From NCBI GenBank assembly GCA_963755915.1, contig CAVWLP010000002.1, forward strand, positions 1,504,001-1,568,000: 64,000 nt of DNA, in the 5' to 3' direction. Position 1 is the stretch's first letter; each line of letters starts with the position of its first letter. This DNA comes from an uncultured Phycisphaerales bacterium (lineage in GTDB: Bacteria; Planctomycetota; Phycisphaerae; Tepidisphaerales; Tepidisphaeraceae). The notes beneath the pieces are model-generated. The model worked only from the letters and a program-made list of their open reading frames with translations, ran no database searches and was not told the origin of the DNA. This document shows positions 45,086-55,938 of this stretch, one piece after another. The position numbers were made by a program, and so were the translations under genes.

Positions 45086-45543
45086 CCGGAGCCCTTCTGC
45101 GCGGCAACGACTACATGAGTTTCGGCTCCAACCCACTCTATTCCCAGTCGCCTGACCATGATGGCGACCCCACCGTTGCCACCTTCTCGGCGCTTGAAGT
45201 ACCCACCTACGTCTATTACTCCACCGCAGCTGCCGGAAGCACGAGTTCGAATTTCCCCATTCAACTCTGGGATGACGGCCCGTCGTCGCTGTCCTGGAGT
45301 GTGAATGTATCAAGCATCGTATACCCGTCGGGCCCCAGCGGCTGGCTTTCCATATACACCGGCGACAGCTACACCGACTCCGGCACCATTGGTGGTGAAG
45401 ACGACAACACCCAAAGTACCGACAACACCTTCCAACTTGTCGCCGACGCCAGTGATCTATCCGCCGGAACCTATTGGGCCATTGTGACGATTACAGCCGG
45501 AAGTCAGACCAAGGCAATCACGGTTTGGTTCACCGTCACTTGA
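45086..45543 (+). pseudogene. Giant LEPRxLL protein, 3' remnant (BACON/Ig-like C-terminal domain)
   Basis: Removing the IS and one TSD restores frame: ..LAISGA|LLRGNDYMSFG..; LSWSV..WLSI..LSAGTYWAIVTITAG. Confidence 0.85.
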
Positions 45544-45837
45544 GGTTCAAGCGGCGCTGCCAGTACTTTTCCCAACTTCTCAACAAAGAGAATGTCCGTG
45601 CGCAAGCAAGTTCATGAAAAATTGAACACTCTCACCCCAATTTTACACTAGCCGACCCTAAACGCGCACATAAATAACTATCAACGCTGGACCTATACAG
45701 CACATATAAACTATCAAAGACTAACAAAACTCAAAAAAGTGTTCAGTTTTGTTCAGTTCTGTTCAGTCCCAATCCCCACTTTTTGATTGGCCAATCCCCA
45801 AAACACGTAGAATAATCCTCTCATGCGGAGGAGCGAG

Positions 45838-47037
45838 ATGTTCGAATCCCCCCAACTCTTTGAGCCTCTCGAACCCCGCCGCCTCTTCTCCAACTTCTCC
45901 CCCGCCCAGATCGAAACCGCCTACGGCTTCAGTGGCATCACCTTCGACAATGGCGCCATCACCGCCAACGGCGCCGGCCAGACCATCGCTCTCATCGAAA
46001 CCGACAACGACACCTCCATCAGCTCCGACCTCGCCACATTCGATACCATCTTCCAAATCCCCGCCCCCCCAACCCTCACCATCGAAGGCGAATCCGGCCC
46101 CACCCTCCCCTCCACCACCGCGGCCGGCTCCTCTCTCTACGAAACCGCCCTCGACGTCGAATGGGCACACGCTCTTGCCCCCGCTGCCAATATCCTTGTC
46201 GTCGAAGCCAACTCCGGCTCCGACGCCGACCTCGGCGCCGCCGTCCAGCAAGCCACCTCTAACCTTTCCACCACCGTCGTCTCTACCAGCTACACGCGCC
46301 CCGAGCTCTCCTACGACTATTATTCAGCACCAGCCACTTATTCCACCCCCGAGGGCCACACCGGCATCACCTTCGTCGCCGCCGCCGGCGACGCCGCCGA
46401 AACCATGCACCCCGCCGCCTATCCCGGCGTCGTCGGCGTCGGTGGAACCTCCCTCACCCTCAACTCCAACAACACCTACAACAGCGAAACCGTCTGGAGC
46501 GACACCGGTGGCGGACCCAGCACCGTCTTCTCCGAACCCGCCTATCAGGAAGGCGTCCAACAGTCCGGTTGGCGCGAAACCCCCGACGTCGCCTTCGACG
46601 CCGACCCCAACACAGGCCTCGACGTCGTCGCCGGTGGCAGCGGCTATATCGTCGGTGGCACCAGCGCCGGCGCTCCCGCCTGGGCCGCTCTCTTCGCCCT
46701 CGCCGACCAGGGGCGCGAGCTCAACCAACTCGGCACCCTCGATAGCCTCTCCCAAACCCTCCCCATGCTCTACGCCCTCGCCAATACGCCCTTCTACAAC
46801 CAGGCCTTTAACGACATCACCACCGGCTCCAACGGCGTCTATTCCGCCGGCCCCGGATACGACCAGGTCACCGGCCTCGGCTCCCCACAGGCCGGCTTCC
46901 TCGTCCAATACCTCGCCGGAAACATCTCCCTCCCCGAACCCGCCACCGCTGCCATCATTCTCGGCGCCGGTGTTCTGCTCTTGAAACGCCCTCGCAACAA
47001 ACGTGAAAATTCCAGCCAATCCCCGCGATTCCTATAA
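45838..47037 (+). CDS. S53 (sedolisin-like) peptidase with N-terminal LEPRxL motif and C-terminal PEP-CTERM
   Basis: FEPLEPRRLFS; ETALDVEWAH (Glu/Asp), AAAGD, PDVAFDADP, GGTSAGAPAWA (Ser), GYDQVTGLGSP; LPEPATAAIILGAGVLLLKRPR. Confidence 0.88.
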   Translation: MFESPQLFEPLEPRRLFSNFSPAQIETAYGFSGITFDNGAITANGAGQTIALIETDNDTSISSDLATFDTIFQIPAPPTLTIEGESGPTLPSTTAAGSSLYETALDVEWAHALAPAANILVVEANSGSDADLGAAVQQATSNLSTTVVSTSYTRPELSYDYYSAPATYSTPEGHTGITFVAAAGDAAETMHPAAYPGVVGVGGTSLTLNSNNTYNSETVWSDTGGGPSTVFSEPAYQEGVQQSGWRETPDVAFDADPNTGLDVVAGGSGYIVGGTSAGAPAWAALFALADQGRELNQLGTLDSLSQTLPMLYALANTPFYNQAFNDITTGSNGVYSAGPGYDQVTGLGSPQAGFLVQYLAGNISLPEPATAAIILGAGVLLLKRPRNKRENSSQSPRFL

Positions 47038-47046
47038 TCCCCCCGC

Positions 47047-48797
47047 ATGTCCGACCGTCTCGGCGATCTCCTTAAATCAGCGGCCGCCCTTCGAGCTAAG
47101 GGTGACCTCGCCGCCGCCCAGGACGCCTACCGTTCGATCGTGCGCGAGTTCCCACAGAACTCCGAAGCCCTCTTTATGCTCGGCCTCGTGACCGCCCTGC
47201 GAAAGCAGTTTCACGCTGCCGCCGGTTTCTTGCAGCACGCGATAGACCTTAACCCCGCCAACTCCAATTATTTCCTCTGCCTCGCCCGCGTCTGGTCCGC
47301 TCTGCAATGCGACCGCCTCGCCGCCGATATGCTCGCCCGCGCCGAAAATCTCGACCGCGCAAACCCAGGCCTCGCCCTGGAAGTGGCCCTTGCCCACTGG
47401 AAGGCGGGCGACCCCGATGCCGCCGCCCATTACGCGCGCATCGCCTCACGCCTGAATCCGCGCTCCGATGTCCCCCAGGCCCTGCTTGGCCTCGCGCTGG
47501 CCGAGCAGGGCGATCCTCAGGCGCATGTGCCGCCTACCGCGAGGCGCTACGCATCAACCCCACCCGGCTCGACATGGATGAAAACCTCATCTACTCGATG
47601 CAGCTCAACGACGTTGAAGATCACCGGGCCATCAATGCCGCCCTTCGCGAATGGAACCGCCGCTGGGTCGCCCCGCTCAAGAGCCGCATCAAGCCCCTGC
47701 CTCCGCGCGATTCCGATCGCAAAAAACTGCGCATCGGCTGGGTTTCCCCCGATTTCCGCAACCATAGCGTCGGCCGCTGCATGCTCCCAGTGCTCCAGGC
47801 TTTCGATCGCGACCGTTTCGAAAACTATCTCTACTCCGTTGTCGAAGTACGGGACAAGACGACCGACGCCTTTGAGAAAACTGCCGACGCCTGGCGCGAC
47901 ATTTCACAGACCAACGATGAGCCGGCCGCCGAGTTGATCCGCTCGGACCGGCTCGATGTTCTCGTCGATCTCGCCGTCCATACCTATCGCAATCGCCTGC
48001 TTGTCTTCGCCCTCAAGCCCGCGCCCGTGCAGGTGACCTATCTCGGTTACGCCGGCAGCACCGGTCTGGACGCCATCGACTACCGAATCTCCAACCCCCG
48101 ACTCGACCCACCCGGCGCCGATCTTTCTGATTATTCCGAAAAAACCCTCATGCTCCCGGGCAGCTATCTCTGTTATCGCCCGCACTCCACAGGCGCTCCA
48201 ATCGCCGAGCCACCCGCGCTGAAAAATGGCTTCATTACCTTTGGCTGCCTCAACGGCCCTTCCAAGCTCACCCCGGGTTCTCTGCGCCTCTGGGAACAAC
48301 TCCTGGCCTGCGTCCCCGGCTCGCGACTCATCCTTCACGTTCAGTCGCGGATCTATCAGGAAAAAATCCGCGCTCAATTTGCGGATGCCAATATCGCGCC
48401 CGACCGCCTCGAAATCGTCCCGCGCCAGGAATGGGACGGCTACATCCAAACCTTCAACCGCATCGACATCGCCCTCAACACCCTCGGCCACGGCGCCGGC
48501 ATTACCGCCTGCGACGCGCTCTGGATGGGCGTCCCCATCGTCACCACCATCGGCGACACCGCCGTCCGGCGCATGTGCTTCAGCATGGTCCATGACGCCG
48601 GCCACCCTGAGTGGGCCGCCAAAACCCGCGAGGATTACCTCCGCGTCGCCCAATCTCTTGCTGCCGATCTTCCCCGCCTCACTCAAATTCGCGCCAGCCT
48701 TCGGCAAGAAATCGAATCTTCCCCTCTAATGGACGCGACTGCCCTCGCGCGAAATCTTGAAAAAATCTTAACAGAAGTGTCGCTCGCCGCGCGATAG
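47047..48797 (+). CDS. TPR + GT41 O-linked glycosyltransferase (OGT/SPINDLY-like), copy 1 (frameshift ~47520)
   Basis: N-terminal TPRs; LRIGWVSPDFRNHSVG, LVDLAVHT, KPAPVQVTYLGY..STG, ITFGCLN, DALWMGVP. Confidence 0.9.
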
Positions 48798-48840
48798 TTC
48801 TGCCGCCAACCTGCGTCTACATATAATCGTTCCCCGACCC

Positions 48841-50627
48841 ATGTCCCAGGCAGTCGGCGACCAACTTCTCTCCGCCGCTTCCCTTCACCAGAAGGGAGAG
48901 ATCGACAGCGCCGAAGCCATCTACCGCTCCATCCACGAAGAATTTCCCACCAACGCCGAGGCGCTGCACATGCTCGGCATCGTTGCCTATCAGCGCCAGA
49001 ATCACCACGACGCCCTGGGTCTCATCCAGCACGCAATCTACCTCAACCCCGCGAATGTCGAATACCACGCCAATCTCGCGCGGGTCTGGCTGGCGCTGGG
49101 CCGTCCTCATGCCGCTGCCGAGGCCCTGAAAGGCGCCCTCCGCGCCGATCCCAAAAATGCCGCCATTGCGCTCGACATCGCTCGCATTCTCTGGGAGCCG
49201 CGCGATGTTGACGCCACCGAACACTACGCCCGCCTCGCCATCTCCCTCGATCCCAAGCGTCCTTACGCCCACGTGATCCTCGCCGGCGCCTCGGCCACCA
49301 GGGTCAGCACGACGCCTCCGTCGCCTCCTTTCGCCAGGCCCTCCGCCTGCGCCCCGACTGGCCCACCATCCGCTCGCGCCTCATTTACTCTCTCGAGCGC
49401 CAGGAAGTCCCCGACCGGCTCGCCATCAGCGTTGAAATGTGGGAATTCAACCGCCTGCACGTCCTGCCCCTCAAACGCCTCATCAAGCCGCAGGTCCCAC
49501 AAAATCTCAATCGCGATCTCAACCGCGATCCCTGCCGCAAAAAACTCCGCATTGGCTGGGTCTCCCCCGATTTCCGCAGCCACGTCGTCGGTCGTTGTAT
49601 CCTCCCTGTCTTTCAGGCCTTCAACCGCGACAAATTCGAGAATTACTGCTACGCCTCCGCCTCCCAATCCGACGACCTGACCACCCAGATCCGCCAGTCC
49701 GTCGACGCCTGGCGCGACATCGCCGATCTCGACGACGATGCCGCCGCGCGAACCGTCCGCGAAGATGCTCCCGACATCCTCGTCGATCTCGCCCTCCACA
49801 GCAGTTGGGGACGCCCTCTCCTCTTCGCACGCAAGCCCGCACCCATCCAGGTCGCCTACCTCGGCTACCCAGGCAGCACCGGCATCGAGACCGTCGACTA
49901 CCGAATCTCCAACCCCCGACTCGACCCGCCAGGCGCGGACCTCATGGTCTACTGCGAAAAAACCGTCATGCTCACCGGCTCCTACCTCTGCTATCGCCCC
50001 GAACAAAACCTCGGCGACGTCAATCCCCTTCCCGCCCTCACCACCGGCCGCTTCACCTTCGGCTGCCTCTCCAACCCAACCAAGATCTCCAACCGCGCCC
50101 TCCGCCTCTGGGCCCAAATCCTGCGGGCAATCCCCGCTTCACGCATGATCCTCTTCGTCACCTCCGAAGTCTTCCGCAATCGAATCCTCCAGCAATTCGA
50201 CCACGACGGAATCACCCCCGATCGCATCCGTTTCCTCACCCTCCGAGGCTGGCCCAAATACATCGAAACCTACAACCACATCGACCTGGTCCTCGATTCT
50301 TTCCCCAACTGCTCCGGCGTCACGGCTTGCGATGCCATGTGGATGGGCGTCCCTATCGTCACCCTCAAGGGCGACTTCGCCATCCAGCGAATGTGCTCCA
50401 GCATCCTCCACGACGTCGGCCTCCCCGACCTCGCCGCCGATTCTCCCGAACAGTATCTCCAGATCGCCTCTTCCCTCGCCGCCGATCTCCCCCGCCTTTC
50501 AAATTTGCGCTCCACGCTGCGCGCCCGCCTCGAATCCTCCCGCGTCATGGACGCCCCCGCCCTCGCCCGCGATCTCGAAAGAATCTTCCTGCAAATCTCC
50601 CCCCAAGTCTCCCCCGTTTCAATCTGA
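48841..50627 (+). CDS. TPR + GT41 O-linked glycosyltransferase, copy 2 (frameshift ~49291)
   Basis: TPRs; LRIGWVSPDFRSHVVG, KPAPIQVAYLGYPGSTG, FTFGCLSNPTK, LDSFP, DAMWMGVP. Confidence 0.9.
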
Positions 50628-50907
50628 AATCTGAAATCGGCTGCTCGATTTAACAAAGATTTGCCTAAGATCGGCAACTCCCCTCCGCGACCGCCTCCCA
50701 CCCCCCATTCCCCCAAAAGTCGCACCAGTGTCGATAAAATTTTTCCCTATCCCCACCATGGAAATTCACCCCATGTGAAGATAGGGAATTTATCGTAACG
50801 CCATTAAGCATAATAACTAACGCATGCCGGTTCGATCTGGGGGCGATTCCATCCTCCGGTTAGCGCAACTTTTACATCGACTACCCTGGATTCCTCCCTT
50901 TTTTTTG

Positions 50908-50935
50908 TTGCGTTTCACCAGCCTCGATGTAAACT
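50908..50935 (+). promoter_or_regulatory. Possible sigma70-type promoter for the PEP-CTERM gene
   Basis: TTGCGT-16 nt-TAAACT with an upstream T-tract, ~175 bp before ATG 51112. Confidence 0.35.
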
Positions 50936-51111
50936 TCCCCCTGAATTGTCTCCACCACTACTGTAGTGGTGTAGCCGCTTGAGGGTTTTTAGGAAGGTTG
51001 AAAAGGCATAACTCGACCATCCTAAAATCATCCCCCCAGGAGGCGGGAGAAATAAGTAAAGTGGGAGCTCAATAAGGTTCCCAGGGCACACCTAATTCGC
51101 GAGGTAGAGAT

Positions 51112-52647
51112 ATGCAATCAGCCAAGAATCGCATGAAGGTTTTGTCTGCTCTGTCGATGGCTGCGGCCGCGGCATTCGCAGCCAAATCGGCTAACGCGGC
51201 ATCGCTTAGCTTGTATTACGGAGACACGGCCGGGACGCTTCCTGGGTCGAGTAACAGCAACGCGACCGGCGACGGAATCTGGGTGGGGAACTCCACTGGA
51301 TCCACGTCAACCCACCCCACCCAATTTAAGACCGCCAAGGGCAATCTGCAGGGCTTTCCAGTTCAAATCATCCCGAATCAGACGGGCCCGACGACAATTG
51401 CTGTGCCAGAAGGCGAATACCTTTCGATCTCGATCAACGCCCTGCTCACGGGCGACACCAACGGCGACGGCGGTCTTAAAGAGGTGACCACCAAGGGAGG
51501 CACCATCACTGAGCCTAGCAACCTCGGTCTATCATCCCTCGGAATTCGAATCCCGGTTTCGGCCAACGATGCGAACGGCAAGATCCTCCAGCCCGTCAAC
51601 CTTGGTCCTTCCTACACGACCTTCAATAGCGTGCCTGGCTTTAACAGCTACGCGATCGTGAACACCGTTACGTCGACCCCGGGCGGGCCGGCCGCACCTG
51701 TGTGGGCTGGCGGAATCACTCCGGGTGACGTTGAGGCGAGTAGCGGCAGCGTCGGTGCCAATAACCAGATCTTCGGCGGAAATAAGACGCCGGCGTCGAC
51801 CGCCACCGAGGGATCCGAACTCCAACAGTTTGCGGCGAGCAGTGCCGCATATGGCAATTCGACTGAATTCTTCCAAGGCTTGGTTTATCAGGCCGGCACT
51901 ACCTCGGGAGTGGTAACATTGTCGCCATTTGCCGACTCAACCGCGACCCAATACTGGACGGTTCTGACCCCGGCTTCGGGTGCAAAGAAGGGTGTTGATC
52001 AGACCCCCACCACCTACCAGCCATCGTATTTCGGCACCGCTGATACGATTGGGACGTTGCCGGTCCTCGTCATCGACGTGGTTGGTACTAGTACCGGGAC
52101 TGGGTCCTCGTCCCACGCAATTCTGTCCCTGACCTCCGCCGCTCCAACGGCCTATGGAACCTCTTCCGGGACGCTGGCCGTGAACGGCAGCAACGGCAAG
52201 TACACCCTCTCCCAGATCACCGGCCTCTCCGACGTTACCAACTACGTCGAAGCGACCGGTTGGAACCCGGCGACCGACGAAGAAATTTACGGCTTGGATG
52301 TTCTGGTCAATGGCCAGCAGGCCAACGGCACCCAGCTCGCCGCCCTCATCAACGCTATCAATGGCGATAGCTCGGGTGATGGGGCTTCGGCCGGTGTCAC
52401 GGCCAGCACCACGCCAGATGTTGGTGGCTTCCCCAGCACTTACAATCTGTTCCTGACGTATGCTGGTGGCGCTCCGCTCGCGCTTTCGCCGGATTACCTC
52501 GGTGTTGACCTCAGTTCGACCAACGACTCGAACCTGGTCGGCTACAGCTTCTCCGAAGTTGCCGCCGTCCCCGAGCCGATGACCATCGGCCTCCTGGCCG
52601 TCGGTGGCGTGGGCCTCATGGCCCGACGCAACCGTCGCAAAGCCTGA
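51112..52647 (+). CDS. PEP-CTERM protein, Ser/Thr/Gly-rich (candidate major surface protein)
   Basis: GAGGT RBS, signal peptide ..AAKSANAA, C-terminus VPEPMTIGLLAVGGVGLMARRNRRKA. Confidence 0.9.
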   Translation: MQSAKNRMKVLSALSMAAAAAFAAKSANAASLSLYYGDTAGTLPGSSNSNATGDGIWVGNSTGSTSTHPTQFKTAKGNLQGFPVQIIPNQTGPTTIAVPEGEYLSISINALLTGDTNGDGGLKEVTTKGGTITEPSNLGLSSLGIRIPVSANDANGKILQPVNLGPSYTTFNSVPGFNSYAIVNTVTSTPGGPAAPVWAGGITPGDVEASSGSVGANNQIFGGNKTPASTATEGSELQQFAASSAAYGNSTEFFQGLVYQAGTTSGVVTLSPFADSTATQYWTVLTPASGAKKGVDQTPTTYQPSYFGTADTIGTLPVLVIDVVGTSTGTGSSSHAILSLTSAAPTAYGTSSGTLAVNGSNGKYTLSQITGLSDVTNYVEATGWNPATDEEIYGLDVLVNGQQANGTQLAALINAINGDSSGDGASAGVTASTTPDVGGFPSTYNLFLTYAGGAPLALSPDYLGVDLSSTNDSNLVGYSFSEVAAVPEPMTIGLLAVGGVGLMARRNRRKA

Positions 52648-52679
52648 ATCTTCGCGAATTAGGTATCCCTAGCAGCTTC

Positions 52680-52711
52680 ACCGGCTGGACCCCAAGTCCA
52701 GCCGGTTTTTT
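52680..52711 (+). terminator. Rho-independent terminator
   Basis: ACCGGCTGGAC-CCCAA-GTCCAGCCGGT followed by a T-run. Confidence 0.9.
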
Positions 52712-52925
52712 ATTGCGCATCGCGACCCCTAATGGTCCCCGCGAATTTGCCTCCATCGATTCAAAAACTTGCCGCCCAGATAAGCCCCAAGATGCCACGT
52801 CGCGCTACCCTCCCCTCATCCACCCAAAAATCCACCGGAGACCGAACCATAGCGAACAAAACCCCTTCAAGATCACCAACCACGGCGCCGGCCATTCTAT
52901 TGCCCGCGTGATTCTGCCCCATAGA

Positions 52926-55178
52926 ATGAACAACATGGCGAATAATGAAATTGAACAAGCTCTTCAGACGGCTCTCGTCGAGCACCAGCGGGGGAATTTC
53001 AAGAAAGCCGAGGGCGGCTACAATGCGGTTCTGGCCCTCGATCCGAACAATGCCAGCGCCCTGCACCTGTCTGGTGTCCTGGCTATCCAAATAGGCAAGC
53101 CGGGGGAGGCGTTGCATTTGATTCAACAAGCGATCGCCATCAAGCCGGACGCGGCGGAATTCCATGGTAGCCTTGGCGGCGCTCTGCTAGACCTCGGAAA
53201 GCAGGATGAAGCGATCGGTGCCTGGCGGACCGCGATCTCGCTGAATCCGAAGCTTATCGACGCTCATCTGAATCTCGCGAATACACTCTGGGAAACGGGG
53301 AAATACGAAGAAGCGATAGCGGCGAACCATAAAGCTTTGGAGCTCGACCCACGCTCCATGGCAGGGCTTAACAATCTCGGCAACGCCCTGAGGGCTCAGG
53401 GGAAAATCGACGACGCAATCATCGCCTACCGCCGAGCGATCCTCGCAGCGGGCGGGTTGGACCTCATGCAGGACCAAAGCCTGAGGCCCGGGCAGCGCGG
53501 CGCACCCCAGCCCAAACAAGACGTGGGAACAGCCAAGGTGCCGCTTCATCTGGCGGGGGATTTCGCGACGGCGTGCTACAATTTAGGCGAATGTCACTGC
53601 TCGGCATCGCGATACGAAGAGTCGCTGGCTTGTTATCGCACGGCGATTCAGGCAAACCCAAAATTTCTCAAAGCCTATACCGCCCTGGCGATCGCGCACG
53701 CACAGTTGCAGCAATTTGACCAGGCCATGGCCAGCTACGCCAAAGCGGCAGCCCTGGACCCAAACTCCGCGCTAACACATGAGTGCCTTGGCGAGATTAA
53801 GCTGCATAATCAGAAGGCGGAAGAAGCCACAGAGAGCTTCCGTCGGGCCGTGGAGGCAGACCCCAATAGCCCCACCGCGTGGGGGCGCCTGGGCCGCGCC
53901 CTAGAATCTCTCGGAAGGTTTGAAGAGGCGGACGGGTGCCTCCGAAAGGAAATCGAGATTCGGCCGGTGGTGGCTCGCGCTCCGCAGGTGGCGGCCGGTT
54001 CCGACGCGCCCGAAACCGACAAAGACGAGTTGGATCGCCTCATGCAGTTTAGCGCGATCGAACCTCACCTTGGAGGAACGAATTTGGGTGGAATTCGGCC
54101 TTGGGAGAATTCACGACGAGTCCGAGAGCTATGAGGAGGCCTTCCGTCACTACGCGGAGGGAAAGGCCCTCGTGAAACGGCAACGGGAATTGGCGGGGGA
54201 GTGGTATGACCACGATAGGTTTCGGGCGGGGGTCGATCGAATGATCGATACCTTCACACTCGAGTTTTTCGCGGCCCGCCGAGACTGGGGTGACCCGTCG
54301 GAGCGGCCCGTGTTTGTGGTCGGAATGCCGCGCTCGGGCACCACCCTGGTACACCAAATAGCCGCCAGCCATTCACAGGTGCACGGCGCCGGGGAATTAA
54401 ACCTATTGCAGCAAATCGAGGGGCAGTTCGGTGGAGACCAGGAGAAACTGACCGTGGCGCGATGGGGCCAGGCAACAGTAAAACAGGCGGCACGAGCTTA
54501 CCTCACGCATCTTGGCGGGATAAACACCACCGCCCTGCGCGTCGTTGATAAGATGCCGGGCAATGCGGTTCGACTGGCGCAAATTGGCGTATTACTTCCG
54601 CACGCTCGCGTGATCATCTGCCGCCGGGACCCCCGCGACACCTGTCTCTCCTGTTTTTTTCAGTGGTTCACCCAGGGGCTGAATTGGTCACTGGACCTCG
54701 CGGATTGTGGGCGCTACCACGTCGAGATCGATCGATTGATAGCGCACTGGATCAAGGTGCAGCCCGTCGCGATCATGGAAATGCAGTATGAAGCGTTGGT
54801 AAACGATCTGGAAGGCCAAAGCCGCCGGCTGATCGAGTTTCTCGGTTTGCCTTGGGAGCCCGCCTGCCTGGAATTCTACCGCGCCAGACCGCGGTCCTCA
54901 CCGCCAGCATCCGGCAGGTCCGCAAACCGATCTACCAGAAATCAGTCGGCCGCTGGAAACATTACGAAAAGCATTTGGGGCCGCTCTTTGAAGCATCGGC
55001 GGCCAATACGCCAAGGCGAAATAAGCCCGGCTGCAATCACATTTTCTGCCGGCCCGAAATCGCATCCGCAAGGATATTCTTATTGGCGTATTCGATGTTG
55101 CTCCCGGCCGGCAGGCCCCGCGCCAATCGCGTTACCTGGACTTGCGGGAATCGCTCGGCAATCAGGTTCTGGATGTAA
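52926..55178 (+). CDS. TPR-repeat sulfotransferase (frameshifts ~54050, ~54885; exact 3' end uncertain, conserved part ends ~55000)
   Basis: About 10 TPRs; [18 protein letters not shown] motif, [44 protein letters not shown]. Confidence 0.9.
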
Positions 55179-55642
55179 AGTGCCGTTCCATCGCCGTCGA
55201 CGGTGGGGTTTGTGCCCATGATCACCTCGCGGATCTGGCCTGATTCCAATCGCTTGATCAGCGAGCCGATCGTTAGATCGTCGGGATGCGATTCCTCCAG
55301 CGGGGCGATGCGCCCGAGCAGCACGTGATAAACTCCGTTGTACAGCCCCGTGGATTCCAGCGCCAGCAGGTCCTTGGGCTGCTCGACGACGCAGACAAGC
55401 CCCTGATCGCGCGTCGGGCTGGCGCAGATAATGCAGGGATCCTGCTCGGTGAGGTTGAAGCATGTGCTGCAGTAGCGGATGCGGGTTTTGACGTCGCGGA
55501 TCGCGTCCGCGAGCTTCATCGCCTCTTCGGGGGTCTGCTTCAGAAGGTGAAAGGCGATTCGCTCAGCCGAGCGCGCACCGATGCCGGGCAGGCTGGCAAG
55601 CTGGTTCATCAGGCTTTGGATGCTCTGGGTGTAATTGGCCAT
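55037..55642 (-). CDS. recR: Recombination mediator RecR
   Basis: [12 protein letters not shown]4 zinc finger, [28 protein letters not shown]. Confidence 0.97.
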   Translation of the reverse strand: MANYTQSIQSLMNQLASLPGIGARSAERIAFHLLKQTPEEAMKLADAIRDVKTRIRYCSTCFNLTEQDPCIICASPTRDQGLVCVVEQPKDLLALESTGLYNGVYHVLLGRIAPLEESHPDDLTIGSLIKRLESGQIREVIMGTNPTVDGDGTALYIQNLIAERFPQVQVTRLARGLPAGSNIEYANKNILADAISGRQKM

Positions 55643-55654
55643 CGCACGGATTAT

Positions 55655-55935
55655 AGAGCGGTTCTACTTTTCCTATAGCATCTGCGTCGCCGCCATTTGG
55701 GCCTCAGGCTAGACGCGACGACGAAGCGTATTCTAAACGGATACGTTGAGGAGGAGCAACGACGCATGAGGCCCAAATGGCGGCGACCCGAAGGGTTGCG
55801 TCCAGACGGGCGGCCCGCGGCGTCATCGCTCCTCAACGATCCTGCGGAAGCTGCCTGTAGGAGGTTCGTCGCTCTTCCTTGCGTTCGGCCCGTCTGGACG
55901 CAACGCAGACGCTATAGGAAAAGTAGAACCGCTCT
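55655..55935. mobile_element. 281-bp palindromic MITE-like element
   Basis: 33-bp terminal IR (AGAGCGGTTCTACTTTTCCTATAGCrTCTGCGT, one mismatch) enclosing two long internal stems; no credible ORF. Confidence 0.8.
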
Positions 55936-55938
55936 GGC

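Noticed and set aside
45749-46984. Long Pro/Ser-rich alternative-frame ORFs (also 49439-50653, 3109-3849)
   Set aside because: Products of strong third-position C bias in real genes on another frame
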